This document shows positions 9,884 to 18,899 of a stretch of 64,000 nt of DNA, piece after piece; positions within the stretch are counted from its first letter, which is position 1, and each line of letters begins with the position of its first letter. The notes under the pieces are model-generated. The model was given only the letters and a program-made list of their open reading frames with translations. It made no database searches and had not been told where the DNA came from. Source of the DNA: Acidobacteriota bacterium (GTDB lineage: Bacteria; Acidobacteriota; Thermoanaerobaculia; UBA5066; Gp7-AA6); assembly GCA_031360505.1 (NCBI GenBank), contig JANMBR010000107.1, forward strand, positions 608-64,607, in the 5' to 3' direction. Both the position numbers and the translations under genes were made by a program.

Positions 9884-10015
9884 CTAGTGTTCTGTAACCG
9901 AAGTATCGATCGCGCCAACCAGCTTCTCACGAGCACCGTGGCTCTCGCTCTTCGAGCCTTGTTGCATCATTCGAGCGGGGAGGTTGGTACCGTGACTCCT
10001 GTGACAGGACACTAG
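9884..10015. mobile_element. MITE-like ~132-bp repeat, copy A. It is CTAG-bounded with imperfect ~18-bp terminal inverted repeats GTGTYCTGTMACCGAAST.
   Basis: About 83% identical to the reverse complement of 29069..29201. Both ends read ctaGTGTTCTGT...ACAGGACACtag. It fills the rplS-rnhB intergenic space, and its right CTAG supplies the rplS TAG stop. Confidence 0.55.
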
Positions 10016-10362
10016 TCGGTCCGCTTCTCGTCGATGCGGGCGGCCTTGCCCTTGCGCTCGCGGAGGTAATAGAGCTTCGCGCGGCGCACGGCGCCCCGCC
10101 GCTCGACTTCGATGCGCTCGATGATCGGCGAGTGGAGCGGGAACACGCGCTCGACACCGACGCCGCCCGAGATCTTCCGCACCGTGAACGTCTCGCGGGA
10201 GCCGCCGCCCCGGCGCGAGATCACGACGCCGGCGAAGAGCTGGATGCGCTCTTTCTCGCCTTCGCGGACCTTCACGTGCACCTTGATCGAGTCTCCCGGC
10301 GCAAACGCCGGCAAGCCGCTCTTGAGCGACAGTTTTTCCACGTCGAGAAGGACATCACTCAT
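10012..10362 (-). CDS. rplS: 50S ribosomal protein L19
   Basis: '[11 protein letters not shown]...[24 protein letters not shown]...' matches L19. Start set at the ATG for MSDV; the ORF track shows a 5' extension to 10458. Confidence 0.9.
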   Translation of the reverse strand: MSDVLLDVEKLSLKSGLPAFAPGDSIKVHVKVREGEKERIQLFAGVVISRRGGGSRETFTVRKISGGVGVERVFPLHSPIIERIEVERRGAVRRAKLYYLRERKGKAARIDEKRTD

Positions 10363-10371
10363 GGCAAACCT

Positions 10372-10400
10372 CTCCAAAAACAGGGCGGGCCTTGGCCCGC
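10372..10400 (-). promoter_or_regulatory. leader stem-loop plus U-tract abutting the rplS Shine-Dalgarno (putative attenuator / ribosomal-protein leader)
   Basis: The minus-strand RNA reads GCGGGCCAAGGCCCGC-CCUGUUUUU-GGAGAGG-uuugcc-AUG: a GC-rich hairpin followed directly by a U-run, then the SD and start codon. Confidence 0.45.
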
Positions 10401-10514
10401 AGCCTCGCCAGGGAACGGTGGATCCTACACGAAGGCAGGGCCCGGTTTCAAGCTTCAAGTTTCAGGTTTCAGGGCACTTACTCGACCCATCTCCCGAGCC
10501 TGCGACTCCCGTTC

Positions 10515-11234
10515 CTACCCTTCCTCCCCCTCCCCCGGCTCGGCAGGGCGCCGCTCCAGCAGATCCGGGCGGCGGGCGCGGGTGCGTTCGAGCGCTCGGG
10601 CTTGCCGCCACCGCTCGATCCTGCGGTGATCCCCGGACAGGAGCACGTCCGGCACCGCCGCTGCCCGGAACTCCCGGGGGCGCGTGTAGTGGGGATGGTC
10701 GAGCCGGTCCCGGAAGAACGACTCGTTCTCGAGCGACTCCGCGGCGCCGACGACGCCGGGTACGAGCCGCGTGACGCACTCCGTCAGGGACAGGGCCGCG
10801 GCCTCCCCGCCCGGCAGCACGAAGTCTCCGAGCGAGATCTCTTCGTCGAAAAGGCCGAGGTCTCGGACCCGCTCGTCGATCCCCTCGTAGCGCCCGCAGA
10901 CGATCAGGACCCGCGGCCGGAGGGCCAGCGCGGCCGCGCGGCGGTGGTCGAGCCGGGCGCCGTCCGGGCTCATCAGCACGGTCCAGGCCCGAGGCAGTCC
11001 CTCGGCGTCCCGGCGCGCCTCGATCGCCGCGGCGATCACCGGCGCCATCATCACCATCCCCGCCCCGCCGCCGTACGGCTCGTCGTCCACCTTGCGATGG
11101 CGGTCCGCCGCAAACCCGCGAATGTCCGTGACCGTGACCCCCACGATCCCCTCGGCGATCGCCTTGCCGAGTAGGCTCTCGCGCAGCGGCGACTCGAAGT
11201 ACGCCGGGAAGATCGTCAGGATCTCCACGTGCAT
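10515..11234 (-). CDS. trmD: tRNA (guanine37-N1)-methyltransferase
   Basis: 'MHVEILTIFPAYFESPL...YGGGAGMVMM...' Start set at the ATG for MHVEIL; the ORF track carries an Arg-rich spurious 5' extension to 11702. Confidence 0.9.
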   Translation of the reverse strand: MHVEILTIFPAYFESPLRESLLGKAIAEGIVGVTVTDIRGFAADRHRKVDDEPYGGGAGMVMMAPVIAAAIEARRDAEGLPRAWTVLMSPDGARLDHRRAAALALRPRVLIVCGRYEGIDERVRDLGLFDEEISLGDFVLPGGEAAALSLTECVTRLVPGVVGAAESLENESFFRDRLDHPHYTRPREFRAAAVPDVLLSGDHRRIERWRQARALERTRARRPDLLERRPAEPGEGEEG

Positions 11235-11260
11235 GGCGGGGGTCGGCGCCGCAGAGCCCA

Positions 11261-11764
11261 TCACAGCTCCAGAAGTCCTTCCGGCGGATCGAGAACGATG
11301 CGGCGACTCTCTCGATCGACCGACACCACGATCGGATGCACGAACGGCACGAGCGCTTCTCGGCCGGGTCCGACGTCCACGGAAAGCATCGGCCCGGCGG
11401 GCGTGCGCTCGAGCCCCGAAGCGATGCCGAGCACGCGGCCTCCCGCGTCCTCGCACGAAAATCCGCGAATCTCGTGCTCGTAGAAGAAACCCTCGGGCGC
11501 CGGATGTGCCTGCTCGATCGGGACGAACAGCTCGCCGCCCTGCAGGGCCCGGGCGGAGTCCACGTCGTCCACGCCCTCGAACCTCAGGAGCAGCTGATCC
11601 GGATGCCCGCGCGCGCCCACGAGCGAAAGCGTTCTTTCCGGCGCGCCCCCGCGCCAGAGCAACGACGTGCCGGGAGCGAATCGCTCGGGAAAGTCCGTCC
11701 ACACTTCGACCGACACTTCTCCCGTCAATCCGTGGGGCTTGCGAATCCGACCGACGGCGAGCAT
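11261..11764 (-). CDS. rimM: 16S rRNA processing protein RimM
   Basis: 'MLAVGRIRKPHGLTGEVSVEVWTDFPERF' has the RimM N-terminal hallmark plus a PRC barrel. Sits in the conserved rpsP-rimM-trmD-rplS order. Confidence 0.85.
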   Translation of the reverse strand: MLAVGRIRKPHGLTGEVSVEVWTDFPERFAPGTSLLWRGGAPERTLSLVGARGHPDQLLLRFEGVDDVDSARALQGGELFVPIEQAHPAPEGFFYEHEIRGFSCEDAGGRVLGIASGLERTPAGPMLSVDVGPGREALVPFVHPIVVSVDRESRRIVLDPPEGLLEL

Positions 11765-11818
11765 TGGCGAAGTCAGGGTCCGCGCACGGCTGCGGGGCTC
11801 CCGCGGCGGGTGCTCCGG

Positions 11819-12049
11819 TTAGTCGCGGACGCGAATCAGGACGCGCTTGCCGCGGGCGGTGGCGGCCGCGCCGACGAAGGCGCGCAGCGCGCGCACGGTG
11901 CGGCCTTCGCGGCCGATCAGGCGGCCGCGATCCGCCTCCGGCACTTCCACGTCATAGACGACCGTTTTGCCTTCAAAGGTCTCACTGACCCGGGCTTTCT
12001 CCGGGTTGTCCGAGAGGCGGCGGACGATCGTCTCGATCAGGCGCTTCAT
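11819..12049 (-). CDS. KH-domain RNA-binding protein (YlqC/UPF0109 family)
   Basis: 76 aa with 'LIGREGRTVRALR' KH GXXG-like motif, between rpsP and rimM as in many bacteria. Confidence 0.8.
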   Translation of the reverse strand: MKRLIETIVRRLSDNPEKARVSETFEGKTVVYDVEVPEADRGRLIGREGRTVRALRAFVGAAATARGKRVLIRVRD

Positions 12050-12059
12050 GAGGGGCGCC

Positions 12060-12314
12060 TCACGCGGCCGGAGCCGGGACCGGCTCGGGGCGATCGAGCA
12101 GCGACTGGATCGTCGGCGAGGCGTGGGCGCCCTTGCCGATCCACTGGCGGGCCTTTTCCCGATCGAACGACACGGTCGGCGGGTCGGTGACCGGATCGTA
12201 GGAGCCGAGCTCTTCGAGGACCTCGGACTGCGAGGTCAGACGCGAGTCCGAGACCACGATGCGGTAGTACGGACGATTGCGGGTGCCCATGCGGCGCAGG
12301 CGGATTTTTACCAT
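12060..12314 (-). CDS. rpsP: 30S ribosomal protein S16
   Basis: 'MVKIRLRRMGTRNRPYYRIVVSDSR' is canonical S16. Confidence 0.92.
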   Translation of the reverse strand: MVKIRLRRMGTRNRPYYRIVVSDSRLTSQSEVLEELGSYDPVTDPPTVSFDREKARQWIGKGAHASPTIQSLLDRPEPVPAPAA

Positions 12315-12372
12315 TTCAGTTCCCCTTCGTTACTTGAGCAAAAGCGGGGCATTCTACACGAAGTACGACGGC

Positions 12373-13719
12373 TTACTGCCCCTTCGGCCCCGGAAAGGCC
12401 ATTTTCGACATATCCAGGCCCCTCATACCCTTTTTTGCGGTCTTCATCATCCGCCGCATTTGCTGGAACTGCTTGATCAGGCGGTTGATCTCGGCGACCG
12501 ACGTGCCCGAGCCCGAGGCGACGCGTTTCTTGCGGCTCCCGTTGAGAATCTGGGGGTAACGGCGCTCTTCCAGGGTCATCGAATCGATGATCGCCGTCGT
12601 CCGCGTGAGCGCCTTTTCGTCCACGCTCTGGGGAGCGCGGAGGCCCTTGAAGGCCCCTCCCTTCGGCAGCAGGTCGACCAGGCTCTCGAGCGGCCCCATC
12701 TTCTTCATGGACGCGAGCTGTTCCTTCAAATCCTCCAGCGTGAACTCGCCCGCCGCCGTTTTCTCGGCGAGCTTCTCTGCCGCGCCGGCGTCGATGGTCG
12801 CCTCGACCTTCTCGATGAGCGTCAGCACGTCGCCGAGCCCGAGGATTCGCGATGCCATGCGGTCCGGGTGGAACGCCTCGAAATCCTCTGGCTTCTCGCC
12901 CACGCCCACGAACTTGATCGGCTTGCCGATGGTCGTCACGACCGAAAGGGCCGCTCCCCCGCGCGCGTCGCCGTCGGTCTTCGTGAGGATGATGCCCGTC
13001 AGGGCGAGCGCCTGGGCGAAGCCTGCGGCGGATCGGACGGCATCCTGCCCGGTCATTGCGTCGGCGACGAACAGGATCTCCTGCGGCTCCACGGCGGCGG
13101 CGACGGCGCGGATCTCGGACATCAGCGCCTCATCGATGTGGAGGCGTCCGGCCGTGTCCACGATGACCGTGTCGCGGCCCGTCTGCTTCGCCTCCCGCAC
13201 ACCGTCGCGGGCCACCGCCACCGGATCCTGGCCCGCGCGGGGCTCGAAGACCGGGACGCCGATCTGCTTTCCGAGAGTCACGAGCTGCTGGACCGCGGCC
13301 GGTCGGGCGAGGTCCGCAGCGACGATCAGTGGGTAGCGCCCGCGCGCCTTCAGCAGGCGCGCGAGCTTCGCCGCCGAAGTCGTCTTTCCCGAGCCCTGCA
13401 GCCCGACGAGAGCGATGACCGCGGGTTTCCCAAGGAGGGCGACGTCCGTGAGGTCGCCGCCGAGCAGGCCCTTCAACTCGTCGCGGACGATGCGGGTCAC
13501 TTCCTGGGCCGGCGACAGCTGCTGCGTGACCTTCGCGCCGACCGCCCTCTCGCGCACCCGGGCGATGAATTGCCGCACCACCGCAAGCGCGACGTCGGCC
13601 TCGAGCAGCGAGAGGCGGATCTCCCGCAGGGCGGTCTCCAGGTGGTAGTCCGTCAGGTGCCCCTCTCCCCGGAGCTCCTTGAAGACCCCCTGGAGCCGGT
13701 CGCCGAGACTCTCGAACAC
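12373..13719 (-). CDS. ffh: signal recognition particle protein Ffh (SRP54)
   Basis: N-domain, G-domain 'GLQGSGKTTSAAKLA', 'DTAGR', and a Met-rich M-domain 'MKKMGPL...MMKTAKKGM'. Confidence 0.95.
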   Translation of the reverse strand: MFESLGDRLQGVFKELRGEGHLTDYHLETALREIRLSLLEADVALAVVRQFIARVRERAVGAKVTQQLSPAQEVTRIVRDELKGLLGGDLTDVALLGKPAVIALVGLQGSGKTTSAAKLARLLKARGRYPLIVAADLARPAAVQQLVTLGKQIGVPVFEPRAGQDPVAVARDGVREAKQTGRDTVIVDTAGRLHIDEALMSEIRAVAAAVEPQEILFVADAMTGQDAVRSAAGFAQALALTGIILTKTDGDARGGAALSVVTTIGKPIKFVGVGEKPEDFEAFHPDRMASRILGLGDVLTLIEKVEATIDAGAAEKLAEKTAAGEFTLEDLKEQLASMKKMGPLESLVDLLPKGGAFKGLRAPQSVDEKALTRTTAIIDSMTLEERRYPQILNGSRKKRVASGSGTSVAEINRLIKQFQQMRRMMKTAKKGMRGLDMSKMAFPGPKGQ

Positions 13720-13820
13720 TGGGTAACCCCCGTCCGGCCTGTTCGGCTCTTCCCCGGGAGAGCGCGGCCGGCCCCAAGGATAGCCGCGAGTCGAGGCCGC
13801 GTCGAGAGCGCCTTTCTGAC

Positions 13821-13848
13821 TTGACAGGGCGCGGGCTTTCGATATGAT
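13821..13848 (+). promoter_or_regulatory. sigma70-like promoter (TTGACA-N16-TATGAT) upstream of the small lipoprotein gene
   Basis: Near-consensus hexamers read directly from the sequence. A good SD 'AAGGAGATGAGGGATATG' follows. Confidence 0.5.
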
Positions 13849-13919
13849 TCCGCGTCGATTTTCGACATCGCGCTTCGCGTGCGCTTTCGGTTGGAAAGCG
13901 CTTTCTTAGAAAGAAGGAG

Positions 13920-14159
13920 ATGAGGGATATGAAGAAGTTTCTGACCTTGGGTTTCGCGGCTGCGACGGCCTTGGCGCTTGCCACGGGTTGCCAGAAGAAA
14001 GAGGCGGCTGTTCCCGAGGCCGCGCCTGCGGCGGAAGCCCCGGCCGTTGTCGAGGAGACCGGCACGGCGGCGACCACCACCACGGAGTCGATGACCACGA
14101 CGACCACCACGACGACCACCGAGACCGCTCCGGCGACCTCGACCGGCACGTCCAAGTAG
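13920..14159 (+). CDS. small Thr-rich lipoprotein (79 aa)
   Basis: Signal peptide with lipobox 'LALATGC', then a poly-Thr tract 'TTTTESMTTTTTTTTTET'. It has its own promoter, a strong SD and an intrinsic terminator. Confidence 0.6.
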   Translation: MRDMKKFLTLGFAAATALALATGCQKKEAAVPEAAPAAEAPAVVEETGTAATTTTESMTTTTTTTTTETAPATSTGTSK

Positions 14160-14180
14160 TCTTTTCGAGCTCGCAACGAA

Positions 14181-14210
14181 AGAGGCCCCCAAAGGGGCCT
14201 CTCTTTTTTT
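14181..14210 (+). terminator. rho-independent terminator
   Basis: 'AGAGGCCCCCAAAGGGGCCTCTCTTTTTTT' is a perfect GC-rich stem followed by a T-run. Confidence 0.85.
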
Positions 14211-15402
14211 GTGCCTGCGCCTGGGGCCCCGAGTCCCGCTAGACTTGTCGCAAGTGTTGCCGGTCTGGGCGGAGGCCCTTCTCCTTCTTGCGGCCTGCGC
14301 GGCAGGGCTTCGCGCCTGGCGCCTGGGTCGGCATGTCCGCAGCCTGACAACCCGGCTCCAGGCGCGCGAGCGCGAGGGCCATTTCCTCGGCGAGTCCCCC
14401 GACCCACAACAGATCCTGCTCCACGCCTACCAGGCGGCCTCCGAGATCCTGCCGATCTCGGCATTCGATCTCTACCGGGTCGACCAGTCTCAGCGGATCT
14501 ACGAGGTCTGGACCCTGCACGGAAACGCTTCCGAGCGCCGGCCCACGCGCGACGCGGCGCACCCCTACCTCAAGGAGATGATCGACTCTCGGGCCGTACT
14601 TCAGTTTGCGGCGACCGAAACCGACCGCTCGTTCGCGCCCCTGCAGCTCTTGCCGGGCAGCCCGCCCACGCAGCACCTGCACCTGCCCCTCTACTCCGGC
14701 GACTCGCTCGTGGCGTACCTCACGCTCGGCTCGACCGAGCCGATCGGCGAGCAGCGCAAGGCGGAGATCCGAGCGCTCCTCGCGCCGCTGACCGCGTCGC
14801 TCCACGCCTCGCGCAACTGGGAGATCGCGGTGACCGACGAGCTCACCGGCCTTTCCGCCCGACGCTACTTCGAGACCCGCCTGGCCGAGGAGTGGGCGCG
14901 CCACCGCCGATACGAGGCGCCCGTTTCGGTCGCGCTGTTCGACCTCGACCACTTCAAGCGGATCAACGACACCCTCGGGCACGGAGCCGGCGACATGGCG
15001 ATCCGGAAGTTCGGCGAGATCCTGCGAGCGACCGTGCGCGCGAGCGACCTGGCTTGTCGCTACGGGGGCGAGGAATTCGCGGTGCTCTTCCCGGAGACGG
15101 GTGCGCGCGCCGCGCTGGCCGTCGCCGACCGCGTGCGCCGAGCGATCGAGCGCGAGCGCTTCGAAAGCGAGGGCAAGCCTTTTCAGCTCACGGTCTGCGC
15201 CGGCGTCGCCGACACCACCGATCTCCACGAAGACGAACGCCACCAGCTGCTCTTCCGGGCCGACAAGGCTCTCTACGCCGCCAAGGACGAGGGGCGCAAT
15301 CGCGTGAGGCTGTGGACCGATCGGCGCCGAGCCCCGCGGGCCCGCAAGTCGACCTCGACGCTCAGCGGGCGAGCCGGGCTACCCGGTACAAGAAGCGACT
15401 GA
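14209..15402 (+). CDS. GGDEF-domain diguanylate cyclase with an N-terminal TM/sensor region. The true start is probably ~14245-14254.
   Basis: 'ALFDLDHFKRINDTLGHGAGD...CRYGGEEFAVLFP' carries the GGEEF active site. Confidence 0.8.
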   Translation: MCLRLGPRVPLDLSQVLPVWAEALLLLAACAAGLRAWRLGRHVRSLTTRLQAREREGHFLGESPDPQQILLHAYQAASEILPISAFDLYRVDQSQRIYEVWTLHGNASERRPTRDAAHPYLKEMIDSRAVLQFAATETDRSFAPLQLLPGSPPTQHLHLPLYSGDSLVAYLTLGSTEPIGEQRKAEIRALLAPLTASLHASRNWEIAVTDELTGLSARRYFETRLAEEWARHRRYEAPVSVALFDLDHFKRINDTLGHGAGDMAIRKFGEILRATVRASDLACRYGGEEFAVLFPETGARAALAVADRVRRAIERERFESEGKPFQLTVCAGVADTTDLHEDERHQLLFRADKALYAAKDEGRNRVRLWTDRRRAPRARKSTSTLSGRAGLPGTRSD

Positions 15403-15558
15403 CGAACACAGGCAAGCGCAGGACCGGGGTCGTGAGGCTGGCGATCGCATCCGCCTCGGATCGGGTCCAGGACGCATCCGACGGCCGCACGCCGAGCTCG
15501 CCGAGCGCGCGGCCGCGTTCCCGCGCGAGCCGACGCAGGGGATCTGCCGGGGAAGCGT

Positions 15559-16611
15559 TCATTTGAGCCCCGCCGCCGCGAGCAGCGCCTGGATGGGACC
15601 GTCCCAGTCGAGCCGCGCCGCGCGGGCCCGTCCGGCCTCCCCCATCGCAAGCAGCGCGTCGGGCTTCGACCAGGCCAGGCGCAGGGCAACCCCGATCGCC
15701 TCGGGCCGCGGCGCCGTCACGATGCCCGTCTCCCCGTCTTTGACGAACTCGAGCGGGCCTCCCGCGTCCTGCGTCGTGAGGACCGCCTTGCCCGAGAGAA
15801 ACGCTTCGAGCGGGACGTATCCCAGGTCCTCGCCCGCGGCGGTGACGGCGACGATCCGGGCTTCGGCATAGAGCGAGAGCAGCGACTCGTCGTCCACCTG
15901 GCCGGCAAACCGCACACGCCCCTCGACGCCGAGCTCGGCCGCCAGGCTTCGCAGCTTCGCCTCTTCCGGGCCGCGCCCGACCAGGACGGCACGGGCCTCG
16001 GGCGCGTGCGGCAGGGCCCGCAGCAGCAGCGCCGGACGCTTCCATTCGTCCAGCCGCCCGACCCACAGCACCGTGTCGCCGGCAGGTCCGTTGCGATAGC
16101 GGCCCGCGAGCGGCGGCGGATGGTACAGGGGCTCGCTCGCGATCCCGTTGAAGCGACGCAGCCTCGCCGCCACCGTCTGGGAGTTGGCGAAGACCTTGCG
16201 CGCCTCGAGCAGGCCGACCTGGTCAATCCTCGCGATGACCTCGCGCGTGCGGCGGTCCTCGGGGGAAGACGTGAGGTCGCTGTAGGCGGTTCCGTACTGG
16301 TCGTACGCCTGCCGGTACTGGTGGATCAGCCACACGACCTTGCGCGGATGCCGGATGGCGTAGGTTGGAAACCGCGTTGCGATCACGGCGTCGACCGGCT
16401 GGCCCCCCGCTTCGGAGAGATCGAGGCTGCGCCAGCCGAGCGCGCCGCGCACGAGGTCGAACCGCTCGCGCTCGGCCAGGGGCATCGAAACGAGATCCGC
16501 CTCCACGCCGCGCTTGCGCAACTCCTCCGTCAGCCGGCGCACGTGCCGTTCCGCGCCCCCGTCGGCGAAGGGCGTCTGGACGGCGAGAACGAGAACCCGG
16601 CGCGGTCTCAA
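15559..16611 (-). CDS. glycosyltransferase, family 4 (GT1/GT-B fold)
   Basis: C-terminal 'EDLGYVPLEAFLSGKAVLTTQDAGGPLEFVKDGETG' EX7E-type motif. TTG start overlaps the upstream methyltransferase stop. Confidence 0.85.
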   Translation of the reverse strand: MRPRRVLVLAVQTPFADGGAERHVRRLTEELRKRGVEADLVSMPLAERERFDLVRGALGWRSLDLSEAGGQPVDAVIATRFPTYAIRHPRKVVWLIHQYRQAYDQYGTAYSDLTSSPEDRRTREVIARIDQVGLLEARKVFANSQTVAARLRRFNGIASEPLYHPPPLAGRYRNGPAGDTVLWVGRLDEWKRPALLLRALPHAPEARAVLVGRGPEEAKLRSLAAELGVEGRVRFAGQVDDESLLSLYAEARIVAVTAAGEDLGYVPLEAFLSGKAVLTTQDAGGPLEFVKDGETGIVTAPRPEAIGVALRLAWSKPDALLAMGEAGRARAARLDWDGPIQALLAAAGLK

Positions 16612-17702
16612 GGCGCGGCCGGCACGCGGGCGATGAGGGCGTAGTCCTGCGGAGCGAAGAGCAGGGCGTTCAACTTGCGCGCGTCCTCGTCGGACCCGGC
16701 GAGACGGTCGGCCGCGGGCAGCGGCGACCGGTACTCGATCCGCGGGTCGGTGAAGCCGGCCGCCTCGGCGAGAAAGCGCAGCGCGTCGGGCGGCACGGGC
16801 CGGACGTGCGTGGGATCGAGGTAGAACGCCCTGAGCGCGGAGATCGAATCCACGTTGATCGTTTCAGCCACGAGCACGCCCCCCGGGGCGAGCGCGCGCC
16901 GCGAGAGCTGCAGGAACCGAAAGATGTCCCCTGGCGGCCAGTGCTCGACCACCTGGAACGCGACGACGGCGCCAAGCTTGCCGGCGGGCCGGCCGGCGAG
17001 CTGCTCGAGGGCGTCTGCCCGTTCCACGGTGAGGCCCCGACTCCGTGCGGCTTCGACCGACACGGGGTTCGATTCGACGCCGCTCGCGGAAATGCCCTCG
17101 GCGGCAAGAAGTTGCAGAAACTCGCCGCGCCCGCATCCGACGTCGAGCACGGGCCCGGGCAGATCGCGCAGCAGGTCGAGGTACGACCGCTGCCCTCGCG
17201 CGATCTCGGCCGGGCTGCCGCGAAACCGCTCCTCGAAGAGCGCGTAAACGCCTGGCGGAATCGAGGTCGTGCTCGCTGTCGTCGCCGCTGCCGCCCCGGT
17301 CGCCAAACCCGCAGCCGGAGCCCCTCGGCTTCCCGACTCGAGAAGCGAGAGTCGGGCCTCTTCGATGCCCTTGCGCCTCGAGAGCTCCTCGACGTCGCGG
17401 TGCAGCCGATCCAACGCATCCGCGAAGCCGCTCGACGCTTCCAAGCAGAGGGAGTTGAAAGCCGACTGGTTGCGCCAGAGAAACCGGAGCGCCCGGATCA
17501 CGAGCCGCTTCACCGGCTCGAGTGGCGCCCCCGCAGGGACCGATGGCGTGAGGACCTCGGCCGCGCGCGAGAGCGATGCGCGCCCGGCCGCGGTGGCCCC
17601 GTCGGCCGCATTGCGCCCGGCGCCCGGCGCCGGCGCCGTCTCGGCGATTGCCGCGCGGATCTCCTCCGCGAGCACTCTCTTCAGGTCGGTCGGACGGTCC
17701 AT
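16608..17702 (-). CDS. class I SAM-dependent methyltransferase with an N-terminal coiled-coil region
   Basis: 'VLDVGCGRGEF' motif I and 'LAPGGVLV' region. Start set at the ATG for MDRPTDL (17700-17702), because the upstream part of the 738-aa ORF overlaps the plus-strand propeller gene. Confidence 0.75.
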   Translation of the reverse strand: MDRPTDLKRVLAEEIRAAIAETAPAPGAGRNAADGATAAGRASLSRAAEVLTPSVPAGAPLEPVKRLVIRALRFLWRNQSAFNSLCLEASSGFADALDRLHRDVEELSRRKGIEEARLSLLESGSRGAPAAGLATGAAAATTASTTSIPPGVYALFEERFRGSPAEIARGQRSYLDLLRDLPGPVLDVGCGRGEFLQLLAAEGISASGVESNPVSVEAARSRGLTVERADALEQLAGRPAGKLGAVVAFQVVEHWPPGDIFRFLQLSRRALAPGGVLVAETINVDSISALRAFYLDPTHVRPVPPDALRFLAEAAGFTDPRIEYRSPLPAADRLAGSDEDARKLNALLFAPQDYALIARVPAAP

Positions 17703-17786
17703 CGCAGCCTCGGCCGAGAATAAAGGCCGCTCCGCGGGGATGCAACCAAAACACTCGGCCGCGGGCCTGCTAACATCCGCGGCCCT

Positions 17787-18863
17787 ATGCGAAACATCCT
17801 CCTTTTCTGCTGCCTCGCCTCCGCAGGCGCATACGCCTCCGCGCAGGGCGCCGGGCCCGCTGCGACGCCCGCCGGGGCGCCGGCTCCAACCCTGCTCGCC
17901 CCCGGTGAAGAGAAGCACCTCGCCAACATCCGGCAACTGACCTTCGGCGGGCAGAACGCCGAGGCGTACTGGTCCGCCGACGACACGCGCCTCATCTTCC
18001 AGTCCGACGAGGGCAAGCTGCCGTGCGACCAGATCTTCACGATGAAGGCGGACGGGTCCGACCGCCGCCGCGTTTCCAATGGCGAGGGCAAGACGACCTG
18101 CTCGTATTACTTTCCCTCCGGCGACCGCGTGCTCTACGCCTCGACGTTCCGCGCGGGTGCGGCCTGTCCGCCGCGGCCGGACCGCTCGCACGGATACGTC
18201 TGGGCGCTCGATGACTACGACATCTACTCCGCGAAGCCCGACGGCACGGACATCAAGGCGCTGTTCTCTTCCCCGGCCTACGACGCCGAGGCCACCATTT
18301 CGCCCGACGGCAAGACGATCGTCTTCACGTCGGCGCGTGACGGCGACCTTGAGCTCTACACCATGAGTGCCGACGGCTCCAACGTCCGGCGCCTGACGAA
18401 TGCCCCGGGCTACGACGGGGGCGCCTTCTTCTCCGACGACGGAAAGAAGATCGTGTATCGCGCCGACCACCCGACGACGCCCGAGGACCTGGCGCGCTAC
18501 AAGGAGAACCTCGCCCTCAACACGTACGCCCCGCGCTCGCTCGAGATCCGCGTCATGAACGCGGACGGCTCGAACGACCGCTCCGTGACGTCCAACGGGG
18601 CGGCCAACTTCGCGCCCTTCTATTTGCCGGGCGGCAGGCAGATCATCTTCTCCTCGAACCTTTCCGATCCCAAGGGCCGCGACTTCGACCTCTACACCAT
18701 CCGGGAGGACGGCACCGGCCTGACGCGCATCACGTTCAGCCCCGACTTCGACGGGTTCCCGATGTTCACGCGCGACGGAAAGCGGCTCGTCTTCGCCTCC
18801 AATCGCAACGGCAAGCAGCCGCACGAGACGAATATTTTCGTGGCGGACTGGATCGGGAACTAG
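17787..18863 (+). CDS. TolB-like periplasmic beta-propeller protein
   Basis: Signal peptide, then repeated 'SPDG..I.F.S.R.G...LY....DGS' blades typical of the TolB/WD40-like propeller family. Confidence 0.8.
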   Translation: MRNILLFCCLASAGAYASAQGAGPAATPAGAPAPTLLAPGEEKHLANIRQLTFGGQNAEAYWSADDTRLIFQSDEGKLPCDQIFTMKADGSDRRRVSNGEGKTTCSYYFPSGDRVLYASTFRAGAACPPRPDRSHGYVWALDDYDIYSAKPDGTDIKALFSSPAYDAEATISPDGKTIVFTSARDGDLELYTMSADGSNVRRLTNAPGYDGGAFFSDDGKKIVYRADHPTTPEDLARYKENLALNTYAPRSLEIRVMNADGSNDRSVTSNGAANFAPFYLPGGRQIIFSSNLSDPKGRDFDLYTIREDGTGLTRITFSPDFDGFPMFTRDGKRLVFASNRNGKQPHETNIFVADWIGN

Positions 18864-18899
18864 TCTCCAGCCGGTTCGGGTCGAGCGCGCGCCTGCCCG

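Noticed and set aside
12277-13824. 515-aa plus-strand ORF
   Set aside because: It lies antisense to ffh, whose product has unambiguous SRP54 motifs. It is a typical spurious long antisense ORF of a high-GC genome, rich in Arg and Leu.
14211-15566. 451-aa plus-strand ORF overlapping the GGDEF gene
   Set aside because: An alternative frame of the GGDEF gene with Arg/Pro-rich nonsense. The GGEEF motif is in the 14209 frame.
16608-18824. 738-aa minus-strand ORF
   Set aside because: The N-terminal ~375 aa overlap the well-supported plus-strand TolB-like gene (17787..18863) and are Arg/Gly/Val-rich. The real gene is the SAM methyltransferase starting at the ATG at 17702.
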